Assembly (NCBI GenBank): GCA_900767715.1 | Contig: CAAGAD010000005.1 | Location: forward strand, 19,697 to 83,696 | Direction of reading: 5' to 3' | DNA from: Clostridia bacterium | GTDB lineage: Bacteria; Bacillota; Clostridia; Christensenellales; UBA1242 | Length of the DNA stretch: 64,000 bases | In this document: positions 43,627 to 52,500 of the stretch, in pieces | How the letters are laid out: the number at the start of each line of letters is the position of its first letter | Numbering within the stretch: the first letter of the stretch is position 1 | Made by a program: the position numbers and the translations under genes | Notes under the pieces: generated by a model | Database searches by the model: none | Seen by the model: only the letters and a program-made list of their open reading frames with translations | Told to the model about the DNA's origin: nothing

Positions 43627-43836
43627 TTATGGGGTTGCTTATAAAAAGCATTATGATAATAACAATTTTGAAACCCATTGTCAATGGATTTTCGCAATAT
43701 TTTTTACAAACTCGCAAAAATTTTTGCCCAAACTTGCGAAAGGATTGCCCCGAAATCTAAAAATACCGACCGAAAGCGTGAATAAATGTTGAACCAATAT
43801 TTGACAGTCAATACGCAGTTTGGTATAATTTAATAT

Positions 43837-44739
43837 ATGAAAAAGTTGAAGCATAAGAAACTACTCACGTTTCTCGCCATTGTCCTAGCCGTATGTCTAG
43901 TGGGCATTGGCATATATTTCATTGCGCGTGACAAGGCGTACAACCGCAAGGCATTGCGTGCCGACTACACCGAGTTCGCCACCACGGACAAAAACGCGCA
44001 GATACGCGGTCTGGTCGAAGTGGTGCACAGCAAATACACCACTGGCACGTCCATTGCGGGCGAAACGCGCCTAACCGTCGCCTATGGCACACTTAGCGAA
44101 ATGGACGCCATTGCCAAGAAACTCTCTCCGCTACTCACATTTGGCACGGGCAACGAAGACAGTGCTCAGTCGCTGGAATCATCGCTCACATCGCTCATCG
44201 CTCTTCGTGCGGAGTATAAGGATGCCATCAATCTCGACATCAACAACCTAAACAATAGCACAATGGGTTCATTGGGTGATGGCTACAATCGTTTGTTCAA
44301 CACTTCTTGCAACTACATCAAGACCTATGCCAAGTTTATGCAACGCGTCTGCGACTATGTCAAGGACTATTATTACAACGGTAACGCCCCAGCGGAAATC
44401 GCCGTTTACGACCTATATTTCAACGTAGCGTACAAAACATACAACAACATCGAGCCTAGCACGGTCAGTCTACGCCCAGCGCATAAGTCTGCACTCGACT
44501 TGCTCGAAAGTAAAATTGGTTTCGACTCCAACTTCAATTTCAAATACAATTCGAGCCTATCTAGCGGGCAGTATAGCGCGGAATGCTTCAATCTTGTGGA
44601 GAAATATTACTCACTTGCCAACCGCCTAGAATACGCCAGCAACCTATATTCACATTGGCAAAACAAGGTCAGCGCCGACAGCACGACATATTCACTCGAA
44701 GTGCGCACCACCTACTATTTGTCCAAGGTTTTGGCATAA
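43837..44739 (+). CDS. Hypothetical membrane-anchored exported protein
   Basis: 300 aa. The N-terminus is KKLKHKKLLTFLAIVLAVCLVGIGIYFIA. The remainder is helical and Tyr/Asn-rich with no motif. Confidence 0.5.
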   Translation: MKKLKHKKLLTFLAIVLAVCLVGIGIYFIARDKAYNRKALRADYTEFATTDKNAQIRGLVEVVHSKYTTGTSIAGETRLTVAYGTLSEMDAIAKKLSPLLTFGTGNEDSAQSLESSLTSLIALRAEYKDAINLDINNLNNSTMGSLGDGYNRLFNTSCNYIKTYAKFMQRVCDYVKDYYYNGNAPAEIAVYDLYFNVAYKTYNNIEPSTVSLRPAHKSALDLLESKIGFDSNFNFKYNSSLSSGQYSAECFNLVEKYYSLANRLEYASNLYSHWQNKVSADSTTYSLEVRTTYYLSKVLA

Positions 44740-44748
44740 GGGGGCAAT

Positions 44749-45837
44749 ATGAAAAGAAAAATTCTATTAATGCTAGCCATAATTCTTGCCTTGCCATTAA
44801 TTTTGGTGGGGTGTGGCGACAGCAAGGTGCTTGTCAGCCTAGCGCGTGACTACAATGAGCGCATTGTCAGCAATGAAAACTTGCAACGCGTGGATAACCA
44901 CAATACCACGGGCAAGACCGACTTTGAACTCGAACATTTCGTCGTGCGTAAGTCCACCGCGCTCAACAGCGCGTGCACCAACATTGTCGCGTACAAATTT
45001 TTGCCCGAACTCTACGAACCAATGCTTTACAACGCGCTCGTCGTAACATATTATTACGCACCAGATATGGTTAATGGCAATTATTCCAAGGACGTGAAAA
45101 AGAACATCTATGCCAAAATAGACAGCCTTTTTGCCAGCGTTGATGAATGCATTACCAGTGTCAAGAGCCTTGAACGAAGTTTAACAATGGACACCAACTC
45201 AACTTCGCGCATAAATCTCACACACCTTAAAAATGTGTACGTTTCATACGAAAAGGCGACCGAACGCGCCTTCAATTTGAGCGAATGCGTGCTCTCATAC
45301 AACGCGCAAGGGCTTTCCAGCCGTTTCACCACAATGGACTATAAGAACGGCAACACGCAGACCCAACTCTTCAACGCACTTATCAAGGAAAACTATGTTG
45401 CACGCTTGTACGCCACCCAAAACTTCTACTATTCCAACTTCTACGACAACACCATTCCCGCCAAGATAATTTCCGGCGCGGACGGGTTCAATAGTTTGAG
45501 TGTGGTAAATAGTTTCTACGGCAAAGCAGTCTATGACACAATCAACGCGGGCATCAACGGTGTCAGCACACCGAACGCCAGCGCAATGCAGTCCAATAAC
45601 GACATTATCAAGGCGCGCGTGTCCAACTATCTCACCGCCAAGAAAATGTACGCCATTGACCGCAACTCATACAATCAAGCAAGACAGGTCATCAGTTATT
45701 CCAAGGCGAAGAACACCGATTCTCGCCAACTCACCAGCGAACAAGCAGACGCCTTGAACGTAATGCAAAACTTCGTCAACGGCAGTTTGTTGGACTATTT
45801 CACCTTGCTAAACAACATTATCTCATTATGTAAATAA
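44749..45837 (+). CDS. Hypothetical lipoprotein
   Basis: 362 aa. The signal is MKRKILLMLAIILALPLILVGC with lipobox LVGC. The remainder is helical and Tyr/Asn-rich. Confidence 0.55.
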   Translation: MKRKILLMLAIILALPLILVGCGDSKVLVSLARDYNERIVSNENLQRVDNHNTTGKTDFELEHFVVRKSTALNSACTNIVAYKFLPELYEPMLYNALVVTYYYAPDMVNGNYSKDVKKNIYAKIDSLFASVDECITSVKSLERSLTMDTNSTSRINLTHLKNVYVSYEKATERAFNLSECVLSYNAQGLSSRFTTMDYKNGNTQTQLFNALIKENYVARLYATQNFYYSNFYDNTIPAKIISGADGFNSLSVVNSFYGKAVYDTINAGINGVSTPNASAMQSNNDIIKARVSNYLTAKKMYAIDRNSYNQARQVISYSKAKNTDSRQLTSEQADALNVMQNFVNGSLLDYFTLLNNIISLCK

Positions 45838-45941
45838 TGTACAATATGCGTGGGTTTTCAAATCAAAAATCTCGCATATTTGGTAGAAGATTTCATATTT
45901 TCGACCAAAAAAATACCTACCCAATAAAACAGGAGCAAATT

Positions 45942-47582
45942 ATGGACTTTGAGAAATTAAGTCAATTACTATACCCAAACACTCACGACACAATCACCGA
46001 CCTTATGAAGCGTTACCCACCACGCACCACCAAGGGTTATGTCACGCGTTTCGCGCCTAGCCCAACCGGTTTCGTGCATATGGGCAGTTTCTTCGGCGCG
46101 TACATCGACTATCTTCTAGCCAAATCGACCGACGGCGTGTTCTATTTTAGACTGGAAGACACCGACCAAAAGCGCCTTGTCGAAGGCAGTGACAAAATAG
46201 CACTCGAAATGCTCAAAATATTCGACATTGCACCAACCGAAGGCTATTTGATAGGCGGGGACTATGGCCCTTACGAGCAGTCCAAACGCGTGGAAATATA
46301 TAACGTCTTTGCCAAGGAACTCGTGCGCCGTGGACGTGCCTTGCCTTGTTTTTGCGGTGAAAATGGCGGAAAACAAGAAGTTTTGGAACGTCGCAACGAA
46401 ACATTCGAGGTGGCAGACCCTTGCGAAAAACTCACCTTTGACGAGATTAAGAAACTCATTGACGGCGGTCAAAAGTTCGCATTGAGATTTATCTCCAAGG
46501 GCAATCCAGAGCATAAAATCCAGCACAACGACGTCATCAAGGGCGAGCGCGAAATAGGTGAGAACGACCATTCGGCAATCATTATCAAGACGAACGGCAT
46601 TCCGGTTTATGCCTTTGCGCACCTAGTCGATGACACCCTTATGCATACCAGCATTGTCGTGCGTGGGGAAGAGTGGTACGCCAGCCTGCCTTTGCACCTA
46701 GAACTCTTTGACGCAATGGGCTTGCCAGCACCTAAATACGCGCACACCCCAGTGCTTATGAAGTTTGACGAGACCACGGGCAACAAGCGTAAACTCAGCA
46801 AACGCCACGACCCAGAAGCAGATATGCGTTTCTATCTCCAACTCGGCTATGATAAGGACGCTGTCAAGGAATATTTACTCACACTTCTCAATAGCGAGTT
46901 CGAGCCTTGGCGACTAAATAACCCAACCGCTCCAATCACGGACTATGTCTTCAAACCAGAGAATATCGGCTCAAACAACCCATTCTTTGATGTGGAGAAA
47001 TTGAACAACATCTCCAAAAACACTATCTCGCATTACTCCGCACAACGCGTCTATGCAGATTTGCTCGCCTGGGCAAAGAACTATGACACAGATTTCGCCA
47101 CCGAACTGAAAACCAACAAAGATAAATGGCTACTCACACTCAACATCGACCGTGAAGTTCCTAAGCCACGTAAAGATATATATAATATGTCTATGATTAA
47201 AGACTATTATAACTATATGTTTACCGCACCAAACATTGACGGCGATGCATTGACGCTTGCCAATGTGAACCCAGAGTTTAACGACAGCAAGAACGCAAGC
47301 GTAGATTTCTTGAAAGCATACGCCAGCGGACTAACAAGTTTTGCCGACAATTCCGCTTGGTTTGACTATCTCAAAAATGTGGCTGGCGAACACCATTTCA
47401 CCGACCGCAAAACTTTCAAGGCAGACCCACAAAACTATGCCGGCGATATGACCACCGCGTCAACCCTTGTCCGCCTTGCCATCACGGGTAAAACCAACTC
47501 ACCAAACTTGTACGACATTATGTCAATTCTTGGCACTGAAGAATGCAAAAATAGAATACTAAACTTGGCAGATAAATTATAA
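45942..47582 (+). CDS. gltX: Glutamate--tRNA ligase (GluRS/GlnRS family)
   Basis: TRFAPSPTGFVHMGSFFGA (HIGH region), RLEDTDQKR, RKLSKRH (KMSKS). ATG at 45942 follows AGGAG. The track start at 45837 is rejected. Confidence 0.85.
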   Translation: MDFEKLSQLLYPNTHDTITDLMKRYPPRTTKGYVTRFAPSPTGFVHMGSFFGAYIDYLLAKSTDGVFYFRLEDTDQKRLVEGSDKIALEMLKIFDIAPTEGYLIGGDYGPYEQSKRVEIYNVFAKELVRRGRALPCFCGENGGKQEVLERRNETFEVADPCEKLTFDEIKKLIDGGQKFALRFISKGNPEHKIQHNDVIKGEREIGENDHSAIIIKTNGIPVYAFAHLVDDTLMHTSIVVRGEEWYASLPLHLELFDAMGLPAPKYAHTPVLMKFDETTGNKRKLSKRHDPEADMRFYLQLGYDKDAVKEYLLTLLNSEFEPWRLNNPTAPITDYVFKPENIGSNNPFFDVEKLNNISKNTISHYSAQRVYADLLAWAKNYDTDFATELKTNKDKWLLTLNIDREVPKPRKDIYNMSMIKDYYNYMFTAPNIDGDALTLANVNPEFNDSKNASVDFLKAYASGLTSFADNSAWFDYLKNVAGEHHFTDRKTFKADPQNYAGDMTTASTLVRLAITGKTNSPNLYDIMSILGTEECKNRILNLADKL

Positions 47583-47590
47583 CCAACCCA

Positions 47591-47634
47591 AAGCCTTACA
47601 GCGCATATAATCGGTGCGCAGTAAGGCTTTTTTT
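47591..47634 (+). terminator. Rho-independent terminator (long interrupted stem)
   Basis: AAGCCTTAC..GCGCA..TGCGC..GTAAGGCTT followed by TTTTT. Confidence 0.75.
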
Positions 47635-47794
47635 CGCGCGGTTTACCACTATTCGTAATAGTTCTTGTCTAAATTGATTTGAAAATATTTTTTTTGAAAA
47701 AAAATGTAAAAAACATTTGACTATTTGTTTTTGTATTTTGTAGTATTAAGGTGTAAGTTGAAAAAACTTAAAAAACGAAAAGGAGAAATATTAT

Positions 47795-48370
47795 ATGTTG
47801 AAGACAAAGAAGTCTAAACAAAACGTAACAATTCTAGTATTGAGCGTAATGCTAGCAATTGCTGCAATCTTCGGCGTTACTGCTGCATGGTTCGTATCTA
47901 GTGCTGGCGCAAGTGGTACAGTTACTACTGCTGAAACAAAAGTTGCTTTGGTTGTTGGTGGCGCTAGTGGTACTAAATATACTACTGCTGCTACTGAAAA
48001 CAACACTGCTTTCTCAAAAGAGAACATTGTTGCTGGCGACAGCATCATCGATGAAGTTGGTTTCCAAATGACAACTAACACTGCTACTGCTGGTGTTTAT
48101 GTTCGTATTAAACTTTCTGCTACCGGTGATTTGACAGTTGACGCTACTACTACTGGCTGGACTAAGGACGGCGACTACTATTACTTTGGTACTGCTAACA
48201 CTAAGGCTGGCTTGACCCCTGTTACTGATACTACATATCACAAATTCTGTGATGCTGTTAAATTGGCTGATAAGTCTGACGACCAAAAGAAATCTACTAC
48301 TGTTTCTGTAACAGTTGAAACAGTTCAAGTTGCTAACCAAGGCGAAACAATCGCTTGGGATAACAACTAA
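47795..48370 (+). CDS. TasA/camelysin-like secreted protein with a SipW-type signal peptide (paralogue 1)
   Basis: 191 aa. ILVLSVMLAIAAIFGVTAAWFVSSAGASGTVTT is a basic N-terminus, TM and (T/G)AWF(T/V)S junction as in SipW-dependent signals. The Thr/Ala/Val-rich beta-type body ends with VTVETVQV. Confidence 0.6.
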   Translation: MLKTKKSKQNVTILVLSVMLAIAAIFGVTAAWFVSSAGASGTVTTAETKVALVVGGASGTKYTTAATENNTAFSKENIVAGDSIIDEVGFQMTTNTATAGVYVRIKLSATGDLTVDATTTGWTKDGDYYYFGTANTKAGLTPVTDTTYHKFCDAVKLADKSDDQKKSTTVSVTVETVQVANQGETIAWDNN

Positions 48371-48426
48371 TCATCAGATTAGACGACTAGTAAATTTCAC
48401 TTTGGAATTTAGTTCAACCTAAGTAT

Positions 48427-48457
48427 AAAAAAGACCGACACGCTCGTCGGTTTTTTT
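48427..48457 (+). terminator. Rho-independent terminator
   Basis: AAAAAAGACCGAC-ACGCTC-GTCGGTTTTTTT. Confidence 0.8.
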
Positions 48458-48637
48458 AATTCTCGCATCTTATTTTGTATGCCAAAAACATACAAGGAAA
48501 CATACAAGATGATTGACTTTTTTACGCATATTTTTCGCACAAAATAGGGGAGTGAATTTGTCATTAATTTGGTGGCAGAGATGAAAAAAAGATGTTTGTA
48601 AATTTTTGACAAAATATTTAAATGTTTCAAAAATCCT

Positions 48638-48666
48638 TTGACATTTGCTGTGAAAATAAATAATAT
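48638..48666 (+). promoter_or_regulatory. Strong sigma-A type promoter with no ORF behind it
   Basis: TTGACA (48638-48643), 17 nt, TAATAT (48661-48666). Confidence 0.55.
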
Positions 48667-48672
48667 GAAAAT

Positions 48673-49032
48673 ATGTAATTCGTAAATGCAAATATATGGA
48701 TTACATATTAAACTCATTTTGTGTAATTTTCACTGCACAAATATTTCGGCAAAAATGAGTTTGAAAAGAACTGTATTTCACAGTTCGATTAACATCGGTA
48801 AACCCATTTTGTATTTAATCCCCTACCCATTTATATTAAAGCAAAATGTGTTTATACATACACATTGTATGTTGTCCAAATCGGCTTTTCACCCTACCTA
48901 AGCCGTACGGACTAAATCGTAAGAGATGACTCTTACTGGGCGAGCAGAGTTTCCCACTATTTCTTCTCTGCTTGCAAAAACGAAAGAAGTAAATTTCATT
49001 TACTTTGAAAAGGCACTATCAGGTGCTTTTTT
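48673..49032 (+). ncRNA. Candidate structured non-coding RNA of about 360 nt (family not recognised)
   Basis: Promoter-to-terminator unit with at least six clean hairpins: 48673-79/48700-06, 48710-20/48752-62, 48768-74/48780-86, 48919-25/48930-36, 48940-49/48966-75 and 48987-94/48998-49005. The terminator GCAC-TATCAG-GTGC plus T6 ends at 49032. There is no SD-preceded ORF. Confidence 0.4.
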
Positions 49033-49281
49033 CATTCATCGATTTTTCATACATAATTGTCGAAAATAGTCGCAAAATAAGATTGTATAGGCGGAAAATT
49101 TATTGTCGCAAATGTACGCAATATGATGTCTACAATACAAGAAAAAATGCTGGAAAAAATGTTAAATAAAAACTCAAAAAATGTCGCATTTTTTCCTAAT
49201 ATGAGCAAAAAATAGTTGACTATTATTTTTCATATATGTTAGACTTTTATTGTAAAAAGTAGAGAAAAGGAACATTGAAAA

Positions 49282-49938
49282 ATGACTAAGAAAAAGAATC
49301 TCAAATTCATCTTGGCTTTTTGTCTAATCGCTGTTGTTAGTGCATTGACAATGTCACTAACAGGCGCGTGGTTCACCAGCAACAAATATGTTGGCGGAAC
49401 GGTGAAAATGGGCGTTGTTGATATAAATATTTATAGCGGTACAACATCTGTTGGTAATAATGCAACTTTTATGTCTAAAACCGCATTGCCAGGTGACAAA
49501 ATTTTGACTGGCGCATTAACACTCAAATCTGCTAACGCAACTACATCTGCATTTTTAAGATTGACGGTATTCGTTACTAACGCATCTGTAAACAATGTTG
49601 GCACTAGTGCCACTGCAGGTGGCGTAAACAACTTAAGCCCAGGCAGTTCTTGGTATAAGGTGTCGAATGATACAGTTAGTGTAAGCAGTGTTAGTTATGC
49701 TAGAATTACTTATGTATTGGGCACATCTTCTGCTGCTACTGTAAAGTCTGATGCTGACATCAAGGCAGGTACTGGACTAGATATTTACTCAGGCGGAATT
49801 TACATTTTAAAGACTTCAACATCGACTGCTGGTTTCAGCATTTACATTCGCGTTGATGCAATTCAATCTAGTGGTATCACAGCAACTCCGAACGGTGTAA
49901 ATGAAGCACTTGGCGCAGTTGCGAAATGGGACGCTTAA
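49282..49938 (+). CDS. TasA/camelysin-like secreted protein with a SipW-type signal peptide (paralogue 2)
   Basis: 218 aa. LKFILAFCLIAVVSALTMSLTGAWFTSNKYVGGTVKMGVVDINI. The C-terminal block is FSIYIRVDAIQ, compared with ITIYVDAIQ in paralogue 3. Confidence 0.6.
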   Translation: MTKKKNLKFILAFCLIAVVSALTMSLTGAWFTSNKYVGGTVKMGVVDINIYSGTTSVGNNATFMSKTALPGDKILTGALTLKSANATTSAFLRLTVFVTNASVNNVGTSATAGGVNNLSPGSSWYKVSNDTVSVSSVSYARITYVLGTSSAATVKSDADIKAGTGLDIYSGGIYILKTSTSTAGFSIYIRVDAIQSSGITATPNGVNEALGAVAKWDA

Positions 49939-50028
49939 TAATTAGTACACGGTATTGATGTCGTTAATTAATTAACGATTTTAATATATAAAAAAACAAA
50001 AGAAATTATATGATGAGAAAAATAAAAA

Positions 50029-50583
50029 ATGAAAGCGAAGAAAAAAAAGTTTTATGACATTTGCCATTGTGGCGCACTCGCACTACTTGGCGTAATCATC
50101 GGTTTGACTAGCGCGTGGTTCACATCAAGTGTAAGCGTTGAGGGAACAATCAAAACAGGTGTTTTGAAAGTTAAAATCGGTACACCTGCTACTATTGCTG
50201 TAACTGGTGCAGTTCCAGGACAGAAAGTTGTTGACACAATCAAAATATTGAACGACGGCTCAACCATCAACAGTTATATCCGCGTTCAAATCGTTGCTGG
50301 CACTGATGTTGCTTTGACAATCGGTAGCGCAGGTGACAAGTGGTATAAAGACACTGCTGCTAACGTATGGTATTATGGCACTAGTGCGACTGCATTAACA
50401 GCTGTTACACCTGCAAACTTGACTGCTGGTTTGACCCTTTCTGCAATCACTATCGACGGCTCAGTTGGTAACACTGCACAAGGCAAAACTGTAAACATCA
50501 CAATCTACGTTGACGCTATTCAAGCTGAATATGCTGGTGCAGGTACTGTAACTGGTTTTGACGCTAAAGTTCCTCGTCACTAA
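50029..50583 (+). CDS. TasA/camelysin-like secreted protein with a SipW-type signal peptide (paralogue 3)
   Basis: 184 aa. GALALLGVIIGLTSAWFTSSVSVEGTIKTGVLKVKI. The SD is weak. An A8 tract lies in codons 5-7 (50041-50048). Confidence 0.55.
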   Translation: MKAKKKKFYDICHCGALALLGVIIGLTSAWFTSSVSVEGTIKTGVLKVKIGTPATIAVTGAVPGQKVVDTIKILNDGSTINSYIRVQIVAGTDVALTIGSAGDKWYKDTAANVWYYGTSATALTAVTPANLTAGLTLSAITIDGSVGNTAQGKTVNITIYVDAIQAEYAGAGTVTGFDAKVPRH

Positions 50584-50586
50584 AAT

Positions 50587-50609
50587 AAGACCTGAAAAGG
50601 TCTTTTTTT
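50587..50609 (+). terminator. Rho-independent terminator
   Basis: AGACC-TGAAAA-GGTCT followed by TTTTTT. Confidence 0.7.
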
Positions 50610-50614
50610 ATGCC

Positions 50615-50642
50615 TTGACAACGGGCGAAAGTGTGTTACAAT
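50615..50642 (+). promoter_or_regulatory. Sigma-A type promoter
   Basis: TTGACA (50615-50620), 16 nt, TGT-TACAAT extended -10 (50634-50642). Confidence 0.6.
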
Positions 50643-50664
50643 AGACACAAATTAGGTGGGGAAT

Positions 50665-51336
50665 ATGAGTCTTATTCAAAAGATGCGTGAGAAATTGGCA
50701 GACAAGGTTATCAAGCACTATGCAAAAAAAGAACGTCGCGAGCGTGAAAGGGAAGAAAAGCAAGGACTATATGAAGCAAAGCAAGCGGTGTACAAACTAT
50801 GCGCAATGTCTGCTTGTTTGGGCATTATGGGAGTAAGAATGGAATGCGCGGAGAACGAACTAACATTCTGGGACCCGTATCAAAACGCGCGCGCCAAATT
50901 CAATTTTTTTAAGGTGGAAGATGTGCGCAAAAATATGGAAGATTTGACTAATCTCATTTACGATACTTTTGTGCGTCGCCAAGGCAAAATAGATATTAAG
51001 AAAGATATGTGCGAATTTGACTTGTATCTCAAAATCATCAACTATTTTTACTCACAGTATCGAACAGATGAAACGTTCCGCGAAATTATGGCAGGTGCTA
51101 ACGGCGTGTTCAACATCAGTGGCAAGACAGAAGTTGTGCGCTATGACGTTGACTACCCAGAAGGTTGGACAATGGCAGAAGCATATCAGCAATCGGGGGC
51201 AATGTTCTCTCGTGCATTCGATGACGAACTGACCCGCATATCCAAAAAAGACTTCACACGTATGGTCGATAAACTCTTTGAACGTAACAAGGACATCTAC
51301 AAAAAATACCACGGTTTTGACAGCCCTATATTGTAA
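50665..51336 (+). CDS. Hypothetical 223-aa cytoplasmic protein
   Basis: ATG at 50665 follows AGGTGGGG. The N-terminus is basic and helical (KKERREREREEKQ). No motif recognised. Confidence 0.5.
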   Translation: MSLIQKMREKLADKVIKHYAKKERREREREEKQGLYEAKQAVYKLCAMSACLGIMGVRMECAENELTFWDPYQNARAKFNFFKVEDVRKNMEDLTNLIYDTFVRRQGKIDIKKDMCEFDLYLKIINYFYSQYRTDETFREIMAGANGVFNISGKTEVVRYDVDYPEGWTMAEAYQQSGAMFSRAFDDELTRISKKDFTRMVDKLFERNKDIYKKYHGFDSPIL

Positions 51337-51371
51337 TTGTTGGCTTATATGAGTTGTACATAATCATAATT

Positions 51372-51398
51372 AAAAAAACGGACGAAAGTCCGTTTTTT
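51372..51398. terminator. Bidirectional rho-independent terminator
   Basis: AAAAAAACGGAC-GAAA-GTCCGTTTTTT. Confidence 0.75.
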
Positions 51399-51494
51399 CA
51401 TCATTCAAATTGCTTGTTTTATGTACACTAATTCTAGTTATATCTCGTTTTAACTCTACGACAGTGCTACTAAATTGAATTCTCTTTTCTGCCA

Positions 51495-51938
51495 TTATTC
51501 CGCATTGACTGCAAGGTTGATGTTGGTGCTCACTTCTTTACAGAATTTGATAGTGATTTTGTACACGCCAACCGATTTGATTGGGTCAAAATCTATGATT
51601 TGGTTTTTGTCAAGTTTGATGTTTTGTTCGCCGAGTTTAGCAACGACTTCATTCTTGGTAATAGAACCGAAAGTCTTGCCCGTGTTACCCACTTTGATTT
51701 TAAAGTTTAGCGTCATATTTTTGATTTGGTCAGCGAGTTTTTGATAGTCGGCAACCATTACGCCATGGTGATATGCTTGTGCGCTTTTCTCATTCTTGTT
51801 GCGATTGAGCGCGTCGCCTTGTGCCAGAGTGGCAACGCCTTGCGGAATGAGATAGTTGTTGGCGTAACCGCCGTTAACTTCTACAATGTCACCCTTTTTG
51901 CCTTTGCCTTTAAGGTCTTTGAGTAAAATTACTTTCAT
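51495..51938 (-). CDS. rplI: 50S ribosomal protein L9
   Basis: [36 protein letters not shown] is the canonical L9 N-terminus. Confidence 0.93.
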   Translation of the reverse strand: MKVILLKDLKGKGKKGDIVEVNGGYANNYLIPQGVATLAQGDALNRNKNEKSAQAYHHGVMVADYQKLADQIKNMTLNFKIKVGNTGKTFGSITKNEVVAKLGEQNIKLDKNQIIDFDPIKSVGVYKITIKFCKEVSTNINLAVNAE

Positions 51939-52039
51939 TTTCCACCTCGTTTGCTTGAATTATACATATTTTGGCGCGTGTTGTCAAACAATGCGTTTGG
52001 ATTTGTTGCAACTGGGCAAACTATTTTGGGGAGATTATT

Positions 52040-52351
52040 ATGGACGTTGTATGTAGAAAACAAAAATGCCAGTTTAACGACTGCACCAAATGTCAGCGCA
52101 AAAACCTTGAAGTCAGCGCGGACGCGGTGTGCGAGAATATGGTGATTGACAAAAACAAGCCTGTGGCAGATATTTCAAAAGATATGTTTGAGCGCGCACC
52201 CGAGATTGCTCCTTTCCGCCATTGCTTGACTATGAACATCAAATGCCAGGCGGATTGCATTCACAATCGCGACGGCGAGTGTTGGAGCAATGGTATTATC
52301 GTGAACTCGGTGGGCAAGGGCAATGAGTGCATTTCGTACGTAAAAAGGTGA
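52040..52351 (+). CDS. Cys-rich DUF1540-like protein (two repeats)
   Basis: 103 aa from the ATG at 52040 (SD GGGGAG). VVCRKQKCQFNDCTKCQRKNLEVS and the later IKCQADCIHNRDGECWSNGIIV fit the DUF1540 C-x-C...C pattern. Confidence 0.5.
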   Translation: MDVVCRKQKCQFNDCTKCQRKNLEVSADAVCENMVIDKNKPVADISKDMFERAPEIAPFRHCLTMNIKCQADCIHNRDGECWSNGIIVNSVGKGNECISYVKR

Positions 52352-52470
52352 GCCCACGTGAGCGAAACTTATCGTAGCGTTTTGATAATAAACATTTGCG
52401 GACATACCTAACAAATGCGCAACATAGATTGCCACAAAATCTACAATATATCATTTCACTTTTTGCAAAC

Positions 52471-52500
52471 AAAAAAGGCAGTCGTGACTGCCCTTTTTTT
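52471..52500. terminator. Bidirectional rho-independent terminator
   Basis: AAAAAAGGCAGT-CGTG-ACTGCCCTTTTTTT between the convergent DUF1540 gene and ppa. Confidence 0.75.

Noticed and set aside
43451-43760. 88-aa (-) and 98-aa (+) ORFs spanning the tRNA-Asn gene
   Set aside because: They run straight through a canonical tRNA and its terminator. No SD.
48409-48901. 102-aa (-) and 71-aa (+) ORFs in the 900-bp gap between TasA-like genes, also checked as a possible sipW pseudogene
   Set aside because: They have no SD and implausible Ile/Phe/Cys/His-rich composition. No signal-peptidase S26 motifs appear in any frame. The region is better explained as promoter plus structured RNA plus terminator.
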